Origin: Paraspadella gotoi
Taxonomy: Eukaryota > Animalia > Chaetognatha
Direction of reading: 5' to 3'
NCBI GenBank assembly: GCA_051294375.1
Contig: CM119266.1
Coordinates: 3,455,510-3,513,981 of the forward strand
Length of the DNA stretch: 58,472 bases
The translations under genes were made by a program, and so were the position numbers. Positions 40,055 to 53,272 of this stretch are shown in pieces. Position 1 is the first letter of the stretch. Each line of letters begins with the position of its first letter. The notes beneath the pieces are model-generated. The model saw nothing but the letters and a program-made list of their open reading frames with translations, ran no database searches and was not told where the DNA came from.

Positions 40055-42455
40055 AAGAGTGAGAGAGGCTGGTCAGTGTTACACTCTCGTTTTATAAAGT
40101 TAAAACATCAGAAGGCTGGACGCCCTGCATGAGCCTGAACTCGTTTTGTCGACGTATCTGAGTAGGGACGAACTCTTTTCCTTTTCCTTGAATGAAATTT
40201 TTGATTGGTTCTTTTTTTTAAGAGACCAGCACACGAGGTCCATTTTCATAATTTGCATATTAACTAATTTAAAATATTTATCACAACTCAATAATTATTA
40301 TTTTAAAAAAAGAAAAATGAAAATATATCACTAAAAAAAATTACAATTTTAAAAATTGTAAAATTATATTTAGAAATAGCAAAAAAGTAATGTTTAATTT
40401 GACAAATATCGTAATGTCTCTTCTCTCAGCTCCTATTTTAGCATATAATTTGCCAATGATGGCGACCGGTCCAAAGTTACAGGTAATACAACAAAAACAA
40501 AACATAAAATTTTTTTGTTTAGAAAAGTTATATATGGTAATTTAAATAATTCCGCGCAATTGCCGGACATCCAGTACGCAGTATATGTACGAAGCAGCAA
40601 GCTGATGTACATAGTGACATTGCTGGCATTTATAAGTTATTTTGTTCTTTTTTCTAAAGGAATACCATTGAAAATCTCGGGATTGTAAATTTGGGATTTT
40701 GTATAGGAGAAAAAAAAATAAATGGCGATAAATAAAAGTTTTCGAAGGAAAAAAGAATAATAAGAATCTTTTCAACGAAAGCGACCACGCCCGTCGTAAC
40801 ATGAGAGAGAGACAGAGAGAGAGAAGAGCGAGAGAGAGTGAAAAAGAAATGAACGTAAAAAACTTTTTTTTTTGTAAAAAAAAAAAGAGAGAGAGAGAGA
40901 GATAGAGAGAGCCGGAACTCGTTTACTCGTCGCGCAGTGACGGAGGTAAAAAAAGGTGACTAAAAAATTATTTTGTGCATAAAAAAGAGATGACAGAGAA
41001 AAGAGATAGAGAGAGCAGATAGCGAGAAAGATATTGCATGAGAGAAGACGAGAGAGGTCAGAGAGAGAGCGCCGGACACCGTGTTTACTCGTTTACAGAA
41101 GTGTAATTTTTTTGTCAAAAAAAAAGAGAGAGAGAGAGAGACGAGAGAGAGGAGAGAGAGGGAGCAACGCGAAAAGAGAGAGAGAATGAGAGAGAGAGAG
41201 AGAGCGAGAGAAAGAGAGAAAAAGTTTTCCCGCCAACGATACGCCAATAATTAGGTCAATCTTGTTTATATCGGCGTGATCTCGGTCAAGTTGATTTTTT
41301 TTATACAGCGTAACGCGTTATTAGGTCATGTTCCCTGCGACATTGTTTACTCGTTGCCCCGCAACGGCCACGAAATCAGGTGAAGTTTAGTTATTCTTCA
41401 GCATTTTTCTCAAAAAATCCCACGAAAATCTCAGATGTAAATTTGGGATTTTGTATTGAGAAAGAAGCGCGGAATAAATGGCGATAATAAAAGTTTTTAG
41501 AAGGAAAGAAATAATAAGGAATTTTTCAAAAAACGGTGGTAAAACAAGAGTGAATAATTTTTTTTTTGTAAAGAGAGAGAGAGAAGAAGAGAGAGAGAGA
41601 GAGAGAGGAGGGAGACAGGAGGGAGAGAGAGAGAGAGCCCTGAACTTCGTTTTTTTTAAACGATTCAGAAAAAGGCAGCGCCTGATCAAATATATATGTT
41701 TTTATAGAAAGAAAAAAATAATCAGAATTTTTTCAAAAAACGAACGATCACGCAAGAGATCGCACACAAAGAGAGACAGAGAGAAACTGAACTCGTTTTT
41801 AAACGATTCCAGAAAAGGCAGCGCCTAAAAAAAATTATATATAATTAAAAATAAATAAAAGAAAGGCAAAAATGTTTACAATGGTTTACAATTGGAACTT
41901 TCATTTTTTTCCAATCGCAGCTTGTAAAAGATTTTATTTTTAATTTGTATTAAATTAAGATATAGCTTCTTCATTAAAAAATCCTTTGAGTTCCCATTTT
42001 TTATTAGAAATTTAAAAAAATTTTTTGAATTTCATCTTCAATATTATATCTGCAATATGTAATTAGCTTAAAGCATTTCTTATATACTAATTTGGATATT
42101 ATAATGAGTATATAATGCTATTTGCATATTTGCAGAAATCATAATGAAGTGGAAATTCAAACAAAAAATACTTAAATCCAATGTAATATGAAAATATCAC
42201 AGGCTTATTTCAAGATGAAAAGCCATATCTAATTTTTAAACTTACTATGATCGCACACTTTTGTTAAAACTTTATCATGAATTCATAATAATTTTTATTT
42301 TAAAAAAAACGGTAAGTCACAGCCAAACCTATAAAAGCGTAGTAGTTTTTATATATAGAAAACAGCGTGACAGCCACGACGACGACGACGACGAGTCACA
42401 AAGAAGACAACCTAAAACATTTAGAGCCTGACCCGGCTTCGCCGGTCAAGGCTCG
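39699..42455 (-). mobile_element. HINE-like non-autonomous Helentron, family B (~2.7 kb)
   Basis: On the minus strand it starts with the hairpin CGAGCCTTGACCGGC-GAA-GCCGGGTCAGGCTC, then a (GTC)n run and internal repeated modules. A matching short GGCTCG lies ~20 bp before the other end (39719-39724). The left boundary is approximate. Confidence 0.55.
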
Positions 42456-42465
42456 ATAATAAGTA

Positions 42466-42641
42466 CAGTCCTGTGCAAAAAAAAACGTGCCACTTGTAAA
42501 ATAAACGGATGGCCCGATTTTAATAAATTTATCTTCTTTCAATAAACTTTAAATCATCTTTAATTTTTTTTTATAATTCAAGTTTACAGGGTGATTTTTA
42601 AAGTCTGAACTAAAGTAGCTCGTTTTTTTTGCACAGGTCTG
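42466..42641. mobile_element. 176 bp Tc1/mariner-type MITE
   Basis: TA|CAGTCCTGTGCAAAAAAAAACGTGCCACT ... AGTAGCTCGTTTTTTTTGCACAGGTCTG|TA: ~28 bp imperfect TIRs starting CAG, with a TA duplication. Confidence 0.8.
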
Positions 42642-43706
42642 TATAAAGTGTATATGTGCCATGTAAATATTTTATTGTGGGGCGATTTAAAAGGTAAGCA
42701 GAAGAGATAGCAAACAAATAAAATTGACATATTGACACAAGATACAGAGACCGATCAGAAAAACGACTAAAAGACTAAAAGATTCCGCGAGTAATCGCGA
42801 CGCAAGCGAAATAGAATAAGACTTGATAATGAAATAATGAAAAAAGAGAAAAAGTAAGATTTTAGGATCTGGAGGAAAAACGAGTACCCCAATTTTTTTG
42901 AAGGATCTACATCTGGGAAGTCGTCGGCGTCGTCGTTATCGTCGTCGTCGTTATCGTCGTCGTTAACGTCGTCGTCACAATCTTGAGAGCATAATTAGTC
43001 ACTTTTTTTAGATTTCAAGTGCATTGTTCATTATATTCAATCACATATTCCATTCATACATACATATGCGCATAGAAACAAGATACATATTATAAGAAAG
43101 TTTATAGAGAAATAATATGAGTTCAAAATATTTTTTTGAATCACTTTATTCTGGTATTTTAATATTTTTTCAAATTTGATCGGCAGCTAAAATAACATCC
43201 TAATTTTTTCAAACTACTTCGGTGCCCCTCTCACATCAGAAAACTTAAATTGCGTTTAATTTTTTGTAATTTAATGGAGCCACTAATAGTTTTTCTTTCA
43301 GGTAAGCCCAATATTACTGTTGACTTTCTAGTCTCTATCCGGTTTCGCTTTTTCATCGTTCATAGGGTGTGACATATTTTCGAGCTTCTCATTGTTAATT
43401 ATATTGTCATAAACTTTTTTTTTGAACGGACGACGGGCCACAAGTCCACTTCGGTGTCTTAATCCAACGTTTAAAAATGCAGTAATCCGTTTTTAATCCG
43501 TTTTTTGGATTGATTTTAAGATTAAGTCACTAATATTTGAAGAGAAAATAAGACTATAAGAGGAAAAAAATAAAAAGAATAGGAGAAAAAGGGAAAAAAA
43601 CAAGCTCGTGATAGGATTAGGAAAATGAAAAGTTGAGATCAAGAAAAAATTTTCTAAAGAAAAAAATGTAAATGAAACCAATAATAAATCATTGTCAATG
43701 CTGAAA

Positions 43707-45301
43707 ATCTTAAAAGCATAAGGAAATGCGAGACCTACTTTGATAAACGCCATAAAACCAAATATTTGATTGCGATGCATGATAACCAAACATTGATGCA
43801 GCAATAAGAAATAACCAAATCATTGCATGCAGGATGATAACCAATAATTGATGCGCCATGATCCATCAAAATGATTGATGCGATAACGATACCGTCATTC
43901 TTGCATGTATGTGATTACATGTGATGATAATCATTCATTGATATGATGATAAATCATTCATTTGATGCGAATGATAGTCATTCAATTACGGCGGATGAGT
44001 TCATTCTCCTACCTGATAAATAAAACAAACAAATGCATACCGTGTATCGACAACATGAAAGAGAGTGGAAAGCGTGAGAGAGAGAGTGAGAGGACGAAGA
44101 GAGGAGAGATAGACAAAGAAGAGACGAGGAGGAAAGAAGTGAGAGAGGGCTGATCAGTTTTCACTCTGTTTATATAAAGTATAATCAGAAGCTGGACCGC
44201 CCCTGCAGAGGCTGAACTCCGATTTTTAGCCACGTACTGATGTAGGGAGAAAACCTCTTTTCCCTTCTCCTTTGACATGAAATTCTTACGATTGTCTCTT
44301 TTTTTTTTAAGAAGAAACCCAGACCGGAAGCACGAACGCGTCAAATTCACTATCTTTGCATATTTAACTAATTTATAAAAATATTTTATCCAACTCAAAT
44401 TAATTAATTATTTTATAAAAATAAGAATAAAAATGATTAAATATATACACTAAAAAAATTTTACAATATTTTTAAACCATTGCTAAAAATTATTTAATAC
44501 AAAAAAAGTTAATTGTTTAATTTGAACAATATCTCTCTTCTCGCTCCTATTAGATATAATTTGCCAATAGTGGGCCGCCGACCGGTCAAAGTTTTCTGTA
44601 GCAGGTATTAAACAAAAAATCAATCATAATTTTATTTATGTATAGAAAGTAATAGTATAATGTTAATTTAAATTAATTCCGCGCAATTGCCGACAATATA
44701 GCAGCTATATGTACAGCAGTCAAGCTGATGTACATTGAGACATTGCCCTGCCATTTATAAAGTTATTTTTACCTTTTTTCTAAAAGGAATCCATGAAAAT
44801 CTCGGACTGGGTAATTTGGGGATTTTGTATAGAGAACAAAAAATTAATGGGCGGATGTGAATATAAGTTTAAGAAGGAATACCAAATAGGATTAAGTAAT
44901 TTTTCAAAACGAATCTGGTGCTTGCGTACATAGAGGCGAGAGGAAGATCGAGACCGAGAGAGAGAGAGGAGGAGAGGACGAGAGATGTGAAAAAAAAGTG
45001 ACTAAAAAATTTTTTTGTAAAAAAAAAGAGAGAGAGAGAGAGATAGAGAGAGCGGAAACTTACGTTTAACGTCGTTCGCGCAGTACGGCAGGTAAAAAAA
45101 AGGTGACTAAAAATTATTATTTTTTACAAAAAAATAGATAAGAAAGACGAGAAAGAGAGCAGAGAGACAGATAGAGAGAAAGATAGTTATATAGAGAGAG
45201 AGAAGAGAAGAGAGAGGAGAGAGCGCGGAACACGCTGTCTCTACTCAGTTTGTACAAGTGAATAAATTTTTTTTTGTAAAAAAAAAAGAGGACTCGCGAG
45301 A

Positions 45302-45334
<33 letters not shown>

Positions 45335-46801
45335 GAGAAAAGGAAGAAGAGAGAGAAGAATGAGAGAAATGAGAGAGAGAGAGAAGAGAGAAGTTTTCCC
45401 GCCAACGATACGCAATATTAGGTCACTCTTGATTTATATCGGCGTGTAGTCTGTGTCAGTTGATTTAAATTTTTTTTTATAACACGTAACGCGTTATGAC
45501 GAGTCATGTTTCATCGACATTGTTTACTCGTTGGCCCCACGCAAACGGACCACGAAAATCCAGGTGAGTTAGTGTATTCTCACATTTTCTCAAAAAAGAT
45601 CCACGGAAAATCTCCAGATTGTAAATTGGATTTTGTATTGGAGAAAGAAGCGCGGAAATAAATGGGAAATAAAAGTTTTGTAGCAACGGAAAGATAATAA
45701 TCAACTGAAATTTTTCAAAAACGTGGCGTAAAAACAAAGTCGAAATCATTTTTCTCTTTTTTGTTCAAAAAAAATAAATCATAAAGAGAGAGATGAAGAG
45801 AGATGAGAGAGAGAGACTCGATGAGAGCTAGAGAGACGGACGTGGAGACGGCTAGGGACTCGATGCCTGAAGAGAGAGAGCCTGCATACTTCCGCTTTTT
45901 TTTAAACGCATTCAGAAAATTGTCTATGCGCCCTCGTCTCTGATCAAATCCTTATATATGCTTTTTCCGTAACGAAAATAAATAATCAGAATTTTTTCAA
46001 AAAACGACTTACGATCACGCAAGAGATCGCACATCATAAGAGATGACAGCCAGAGATAAACTGACTCGTTTTTTTAAACGATTCAGAAAAGGCTAGCGCC
46101 TAAAACAAAACAGACTCCCTGATATAGGGATTAAAAAAATAAATAAAGAAAGGCAAAAAATGTTACAATGGTTTACAATTGGGAAGAACTTTTCCAATTT
46201 TTTCCAACTCCTCTAGCTTGTAATAAACTTTTATTCCTCCGGTATTTGTATTAAAATTCAATTATGATAGGTCTTCCCCACTCATTAAAAAAAATCCTTT
46301 GAGTTTCCCATTTTATTAGAAAATTTAAAAAATAAATTTTTGAATTCATCTTCAAATCACATATATACTAGCAATATTGTAAATTAGTCTGTAAAGCATT
46401 TATATTGGTTTACTAATTTGAGATATATATAATGAGTACTATAATCTCATTATTGCTATATGCACAAAGTAAATCATAATGATGTGGAAATTCATAACCA
46501 AAAAATACTTAAATCCAAATGAATATGAAAAAATATCAAGTTCTATTCAAGATGAAAAGCTCATATTAAATTTTTGTAACTTACTATGGATCTCGCATCA
46601 CTTTTGTAAAACTTTATCATAAATTCAGTTAATAATGTTTTATTTAAAAAAAGACTGGAATAAGTTCACACCAAACCTATAAAAGGCGTAGTAGTTTTTA
46701 ATATGAAACAGCGTGACACGACGACGACGACCGACGACGTCACAAAGAAGCAACCCTAAAACATTATATTTAGCCTGACCCGCTTCGCCGGTCAAGGCTC
46801 G
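43707..46801 (-). mobile_element. Duplicate of the family B HINE-like element
   Basis: Colinear noisy copy of 39699-42455, including the terminal hairpin at 46772-46801. Confidence 0.55.
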
Positions 46802-46998
46802 ATTTTTTAAAAAATTAAAAAAAGTACGTCCTGTGCAAAAAAAAACGTGCCACTTGTAAAATTAAACGGATGGCCTATTTTAATAAATTATCTTTCTTTC
46901 AATAAACTTGGTAATCATCTTTTAATTTTTTTTTTTATAATTCAAGTTTTACAGGAGTGATTTTTAAAGTCTGAACGTATAAAGTAGTCTTCGTTTTT

Positions 46999-49517
46999 AG
47001 TCGGCATCTGCTATCAGCTGATCCCGACTCTATAACTCAAGCTTTTTAATTATAACTCACTTTTTCGGTCGTCGGTCCGCGCCCTCAATTATTGTACGTG
47101 GCACACACTTATATCATGTCAGAACATCAGAAGATTATGGAATAAATTATCAAAAAAAATAATATGTCCGTCCGTCCGTCTGGGTCCGTCCGCGATCCGT
47201 CCGTCCGTCGGTCCGTCCACACTTAGCAAAAAAACACCAATTACTCGCGTGGTTATTGGTATCGTGATTTTATATGAAATTTTGTGTTGTGGATAGGTAA
47301 CGTTGTGATTGGAGCTGGATATAAGTTTCGATGGTATATATCGTCCGTCGTGGTGAAATGATTCAAATGGAACAAAAACCAAATAAAGAATTATATTTTC
47401 ACTATATTGACACCATTGCTCATGGACCGTGCCCGAATGGGCTGATTAGACCTGGAATTTTGTATCAGTGTGAATCAGGTAGGAAAGTGTGTCTATGTGT
47501 ATTGAACAGGACCAATCAATGTTTCGATGGAATTAGTTGATATAATGAGTTTAAATGCGAAAAACAAAATAAACCTGTCTTTCACTACATTGTTATTGCT
47601 TCTTCTCCTTTTATATATAACTTTGTATATCATGCAGAGATGTATTAAATAAAATCAAATAATTAATCAGTTAATTAATTCAATTTATGTAAATAAATTA
47701 ATCAATAATTATTATATTAGTTCAATCAAATCACGTCCATCCGTCCCATCTTAGCAAAAAGTTTCCAATAAACTCGTGATTGGACTGGATTGGATTTGGA
47801 ATTAAAATTGTGTGTGGGTTAGGAAAGTGTGTAGATTAAAGCTGGATATAAAATGTTTCGATGGAATCGTGTGAGGTAAATTAGTTTTAAATGGAAAATA
47901 ACATAAGTCGAATTTACTAAAAGTCTTTTTACTTATTTTAACCAATAAATACTCCTTCCAATTTTAATTCATTAACTTGATGATGGATAGATTGAGTTGA
48001 CCCAATTTTGGTGTGTGGAGAGTAGGAAAACGTATGACGAAGCAGAAAGAGGAAAAATTGAATATAAAGTTTCGTGGAAACGTTACCAGTGGAAATTGAG
48101 TTTAAAAATGAAAAAAATATGAGTCACATTTAACTTGAATTTTTTTTTTCCTTTTAATTTATTTTAACCCATGATAGATTGAGATGAAATTTTGTGATAT
48201 GAGCCGAGGTAGGAAAGTGAGTGAAGAGCTAGATATAAAGTTTTGACGGATGCCAAGTTGAAAAAATTATGCAAGTTTGAAAAAATGATGCAATGTTTTA
48301 AAAAAGAAAATCTTAAAAGCATAATTATGAATCGTCGCTTTGCATAGAAAAGAGAGAGAGCAGAGGAAGGACAGAGAGAGGAGAGAAGAGAGAGTGGAAA
48401 AGAGAGAGAGATGAGTTAGAGAGAGAAGAGAGAGAGAAAGGAGACAATAAAAAATAAAAAATCTTAAAAGACTCAAGATCGAGCCAGAGGCCCCACTATC
48501 ATATAAAATTAATGAAAAAAACCAGGGGAAAAAAACAATGAATCATGCTGATAACGAGATTAGTTGATGTACTAGTAATGATTGAGGTAATACTAAAAAA
48601 TTGGGATTTGATTGTAATAGTAATTTATTGAGGGTAAGTAGGAAATTGAGTATTTGATTCGATGATATATCAATTATTGATGCGATGATAGTCATTCACT
48701 GCCCTGTGTGTAATCATTTCATGTTGATGCGAGTGATTGTCATTCATGATTGCGATGATTGTCCATTCTTGATGCGTGATAGTCAATAAAACAAACAAAT
48801 GGCCGTGTATTGAGATTGAAAGAGAAGAAGAGAGAGAGAGAGCAGGGAGAGAGAAAGAGAAGAGAGAGAGAAAGAGAGAGAGAGAAAGAAAGGAGATAAA
48901 TTCCACGAAAATCTCGGATGAAAAATATGGAGAAGGATTTTGTATTGGAAAAAAAAGGCGACGGAATAAATGCAATAATAAAAAGTTTTTAGAAGGAAAA
49001 AAAATAATCAAGAATTTTCAAAAAAACAAACGAATACACGCAAAAGATTAAAACATTAAACATAAACAGAGATACCGAATATATTTGATATGAAACTTGA
49101 GAATTTTAAAGATCTGTGATGATTAGAAGCCATATATGGAAAATTCAACTCCCTATGTATCACACTATTCAAAGAAGCCATATTGCCAAAAAGCGAGACC
49201 GTAAGCTTAAACCGAAAAAAAAATCTAGACAGGACGGGCTTTTCCGCGAGCCCTGACTCGAAAGATAAATGTTAAGAGATATGTTGTGTTTTGATAAAAT
49301 GTAAACAAAACATTTAATAACTGTTCCTGACTCAAATTAGGATTAGAAGACATCGATGATGACAAGACTGAATATAAATTTAATAATTAATCTATTAATT
49401 AATTAAATTAATTAATCTATTAATTAATTAATTTAATCTATTAATTTAATTAATTAATTAATCAAGTTAATTAATTAATTATCGTAGGCAGATCCGACAT
49501 GTTTGCTCAGACTTGTT
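46999..49517 (+). mobile_element. DINE-1/HINE-like non-autonomous Helentron, family A (~2.5 kb)
   Basis: Inserted in a T-run with no evident TSD (empty site at 42623-42630). It has a 5' subTIR AGTCGG(C)ATCTGC with adjacent inverted CCGACT, a (GTCC/GTCT)n microsatellite at ~47166-47218, a 3' subTIR GCAGATCCGAC at 49488-49498, and ends ...CTTGTT(T). Confidence 0.75.
48455..49260 (-). mobile_element. Shorter family-B-related element nested inside the family A element
   Basis: Shares TCTTAAAAG..AAGATCGAGCC, the GATGCGATGATAGTCATTC repeats, AATAAAACAAACAAATG and the CCACGAAAATCTCGGATG...AAAGTTTTTAGAAGG module with family B. It ends in a degenerate GC hairpin ...CCTGACTCG. Confidence 0.5.
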
Positions 49518-50308
49518 TTTGCAGCAGATCTGTATGAAAGTGTATATGTGCCATGTATATTATTGTGGGGCGATTTAAAGGTAAGCGAGAAAGAGGATAG
49601 CAAACAAATAAATTGACATATTGACACAAGATACAGGGACCGCATCAGAGAAAAACGATCTAAAAGACTAAAAGATCGCGAGTAATCGCGACGCCAAGCG
49701 AAATAGAATAAGACATTGTAATGAAATAATGGAAAAAAGGAGGAAGGAAAGAAAAAAGTAAGATTTTTAGGATTCTGGAGAGGAAAGAAACGGATAACGT
49801 CCCAATTTTGATTGAGAAGATCTACGGATCGATGGAAGAAGTCATCGGGCGTCGTCGTTTTATCGTACGTCGTCCGTTATCGACGTCGGAATATAACGTT
49901 CGTCGTCACAATCATTGGAGAGCATAATTAGTCAAACTTTATTTTAAGATTCAAGTGCATGTTAGTTCATTATATTCAATCACATATTCGCGATTCATAC
50001 ATAATATGCGCAATAAAGGACAAAGATTACATTGTATTAAGAAAAGTTTTATAGCAAGAAATAATATGAGTATCGGAAAAATATTTTTTTGAATCACTTA
50101 TAGTTCCTCTGACGTATTTAATATTTTTCAATTTGATCGGAAAGCTAACAATTTAACATAACTCTAAATTTTTTATTCCAACATACTCGCGTGCCCTCTC
50201 ACATCAGAAAACTTAAATTGCGTTTAATTTTCTTTGTAACTTAATAATGGAGCCAACTAAGAGCTAGTTTATTCTTTCAGGTAAGCCGAGATATTACTAG
50301 AGACAAAC

Positions 50309-51040
50309 TTCGTCAATGGGGTGGCGTCAGAAGTTTGAATCATTTAGAGACAGAACACATTTTCCAAAACTATTAAGAATAACTTCAATACATTTTCTGA
50401 GAAAAACTTTTCAACCCTGGAGCGAATTTTCTAAGAGATGTCGTTAGAAGCTATTAGTAAGTTAATTTTTAAGTATTTATTGTATGAGATAGGAAATGAT
50501 TCAAAAAATTTTTTGAAGATATTTTTATTTTTTTAAAAGCGGATTCAAAATAACTTATTGAAAAACCGTTATGGTCTACAACAAAGTATAATTCTTTTTC
50601 AATATTTGATGAATAAGTGGGTTAAATTGAGGAAAAACCTTAAAAAATCATCATCATCATCATCATCGATGATTTTAGCAGTTGAATTTACTAATTTTTA
50701 GTAATAACGAAAAACCAATCAAATTTTAAAAGTTGTAATTATATTTTTTGCTTAACTTTTAAAGTAAGGCCCATCATCATCAAATCATATAAAAAATACT
50801 TAAAATATCAAATAAAATATTTAATCATTTATCTATTAGCAATATAATTAATATTTAATTAGCGGAATTAACCTCATGGTCGGATCGTATTTTTTGTCAA
50901 AATCAGATTATTATAACACTATAATAATTATACCATATATATTGGTATTTAGTTTAATTGACTTGTTTCCTATAACCTAAAGTAATCATCTATCGAAATT
51001 AATATAAGATTGGAATTTGGCGCCGTCGTACCGCTTAATG
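50309..51040. mobile_element. ~730 bp insertion present in only one of two duplicated copies
   Basis: The empty site is GTAAGCCCAATATTACTGTT at ~43302-43321. The filled site has ATATTACT before and TAATTACT after the insert (possible 7-8 bp TSD). TIRs are not convincingly readable. Confidence 0.45.
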
Positions 51041-52208
51041 TAATTACTTGTTCGTGACTTCTCTGTCCTCTCATGCCGGTTTTCGCTTTTTCATCGTTCA
51101 TAGGGATACTAAGAACAATTCTCTGTGACTCATCTCCTGTCTCGAGCCCTTCTTCCCTGTAATTATATTGTCTACTAAACTTTTTTTTTGAACGGACCAG
51201 ACGGGCATCCGCTCCACTTTCTGGCTCTCCCTGTCTTAATATCACTGTTCTTAAAAATGCAGTAATCCGTTTTCTAATTCCGGTTTAATTCTCGGTCTTT
51301 AATCCGTCTGTCTTAATTCGCCTTTTTGACTTCTCCTCTTTTTTTTTGAGTTAGCACTTCTTTTCTATCTCTTCTTTGTGGTCTTCTCTCTTCTTCTTTC
51401 TTCTTTTCTTTCCCTCTCTCTCTCCCTTTTCTCTCTTCTTCTTTCCCTAACTCTCTCCCTCGTCCCTCCTCTCCTCTCCCCTACTCTCTCCCGCCACCTC
51501 TCCCTCTTTACTCTTCTCCGTGCCCTCCTCCCTATTCTCCTCTCACTTCCCTCCCGCCCTCGTTCCTCCGTAGACTCTTCTCCCGTGTCCCCCTCTTCTT
51601 CCCCCTGTACTTCTCTTCTCCCGACCCCCTCCCCTTCTCTACTCTCTCTCCCTTCATCTTCCCCTCAATCCACCTCTCTCCCGCTCTGCCCCTTACCTCC
51701 TGGAAGATCTCTCTCCCCAGCCCCTTATCCCCTATACCTCTCCCGCCCCTTCCCTAACTACTCTCCCGCCCCTTCCCCTTACTCTCTCCCGCCCCTTACC
51801 CGCTACTCTTCTTCCCGCCCCATTCCCCTCTACTCTACTCTTACCATCCTTCTCCGCCCCTCCTCTACTCTCTCTCCGCCCCCTATACCCCTACTCTCTC
51901 CCGCCCCTTCCTCCTACTCTTCTCCCGCCCTCTTTCTCCCTACTCTCTCCGGCCCCTTTCCCCCATCGACTCTACTCCGCCCCATTCCCCTTTCTCTCTC
52001 CCCCATTCCCCTACTCTCCCCGACCCCCCTTGCTGGCTTTCGGACAGTCACTCTCGCCTTTCGATGCAGAGCGGATAATGTAATCTCGTTCNNNNNNNNN
52101 NNNNNNNNNNNNNNNNTTTGATGAAGCGATAATTAATTCGTCAAATTATTTTAATTTTCAACAAAGAAAGAAAAAGAGACGCGACTGATCGCGGAGTAAT
52201 TCCTTCAA

Positions 52209-53272
52209 GTCACTTTTCGGTCGGTCTGTCTGTATGTTTATTTATTTGTATTTTTTTAAATATTTATAAATAATATATAATAATAAATCAATATAATAGT
52301 TAATAAGTATGTTTTTTGAATAAAAGAATAAATATAAATATTAAAGAATAAGCTTTATATATCTTATATCATGTCAGAATATCGAATTATGATAAATTAA
52401 GCAAAAAATTGAATGTCCGTCTGTCCATCCGTCTGTCTGTCTGTCTATCTTCTCATCATTCTGTCTGTCTGTCTATCCGTCTGTCCCACCTTAGCAAAAA
52501 ACACCAATTACTTGTGATTGGATGGATGGATTGGAATGAAATTTCGTGTGTGGTTAGGGAAGTGTGTGAGTTTAAATGGAAAAAAATAAAAAAATAAATT
52601 TCACTATTTGAACGCCAATTACTCATGAGTGAATGGGGCGATTGACTTCAAATTTTGTATGAGGGTAGGAAAGTGTGGGATTGAGCAGGAAATAAAGTTT
52701 TGATAGAATCGTTCAAGTGTAAATTAGTTAAAATAGTAAAAATAAACAATCTATTTCACTTTTTGATTATGCTTTTTTTAATTTTTATATTACATTTAAA
52801 TCCAAGCTGCATTAATTAATTATTAATAAATAAGTAATTAATTTATTATTAATAAATAAGTAATTAATTAATTATTAATTATTTTTAATTAATTAATTAA
52901 TTAATTTTGTTATCGAGATTGTTGTTTTGTGATTGAGAGGCGAGACAAAGTGGAAAACGATTTTGACACGAATAAAAAAAAATTAATATTAATTAATTAA
53001 CTAATTAATTAATTATCTGATCAGCTGCTTACCGCTAAGAATCGTGGGCAGATCCGGCATTGTTTGCTCAAACTTGTTATATTAAATGTAAATGCAAAAT
53101 GTATTAATTCATCAAATAATTAATCAGTTAATTAATCAATTAGTGAATTAATTAATCAATAATAAATTAATCAGTCGATTAATCAATCAAAAAAACATTT
53201 TGGATCAAATTAATTAATTAATTACCGATAATGATCGTGGGCAGATCCGACATGGTTTGCTCAAACTTGTTT
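52209..53272 (+). mobile_element. Second, 5'-truncated family A HINE-like copy with two tandem 3' ends
   Basis: Homologous to 47057 onward (TCACTTTTCGGTCG, ATATCATGTCAGAA, GTCY microsatellite, CTTAGCAAAAAACACCAATTACT). The motif GGCAGATCCG.CAT.GTTTGCTCAAACTTGTT occurs at ~53047 and ~53240. Confidence 0.65.

Larger units (their letters stand above)
46827..49532. mobile_element. Second copy of the 176 bp MITE, right TIR split by a 2.5 kb insertion
   Basis: Left TIR at ~46827. The right TIR is broken in its T-run: ...AGTAGTCTTCGTTTTT[46999-49517]TTTGCAGCAGATCTG|TA. Confidence 0.75.
39540..51290 (+). repeat. Direct duplication: 39540-43495 repeated as 43505-51290 (second copy with two insertions)
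   Basis: Colinear anchors throughout, e.g. ATTCCGCGCAATTGCCG at ~40550/44676, GCGAGTAATCGCGACG at ~42787/49678 and AAAAATGCAGTAATCCGTTTT at ~43473/51253. Differences are dominated by indels. Confidence 0.92.

Noticed and set aside
51378-52091. 247 aa Pro/Ser/Leu ORF
   Set aside because: It is a noisy pyrimidine-rich tandem repeat (CCCTACTCTCTCCCGCC-like) at a read end.
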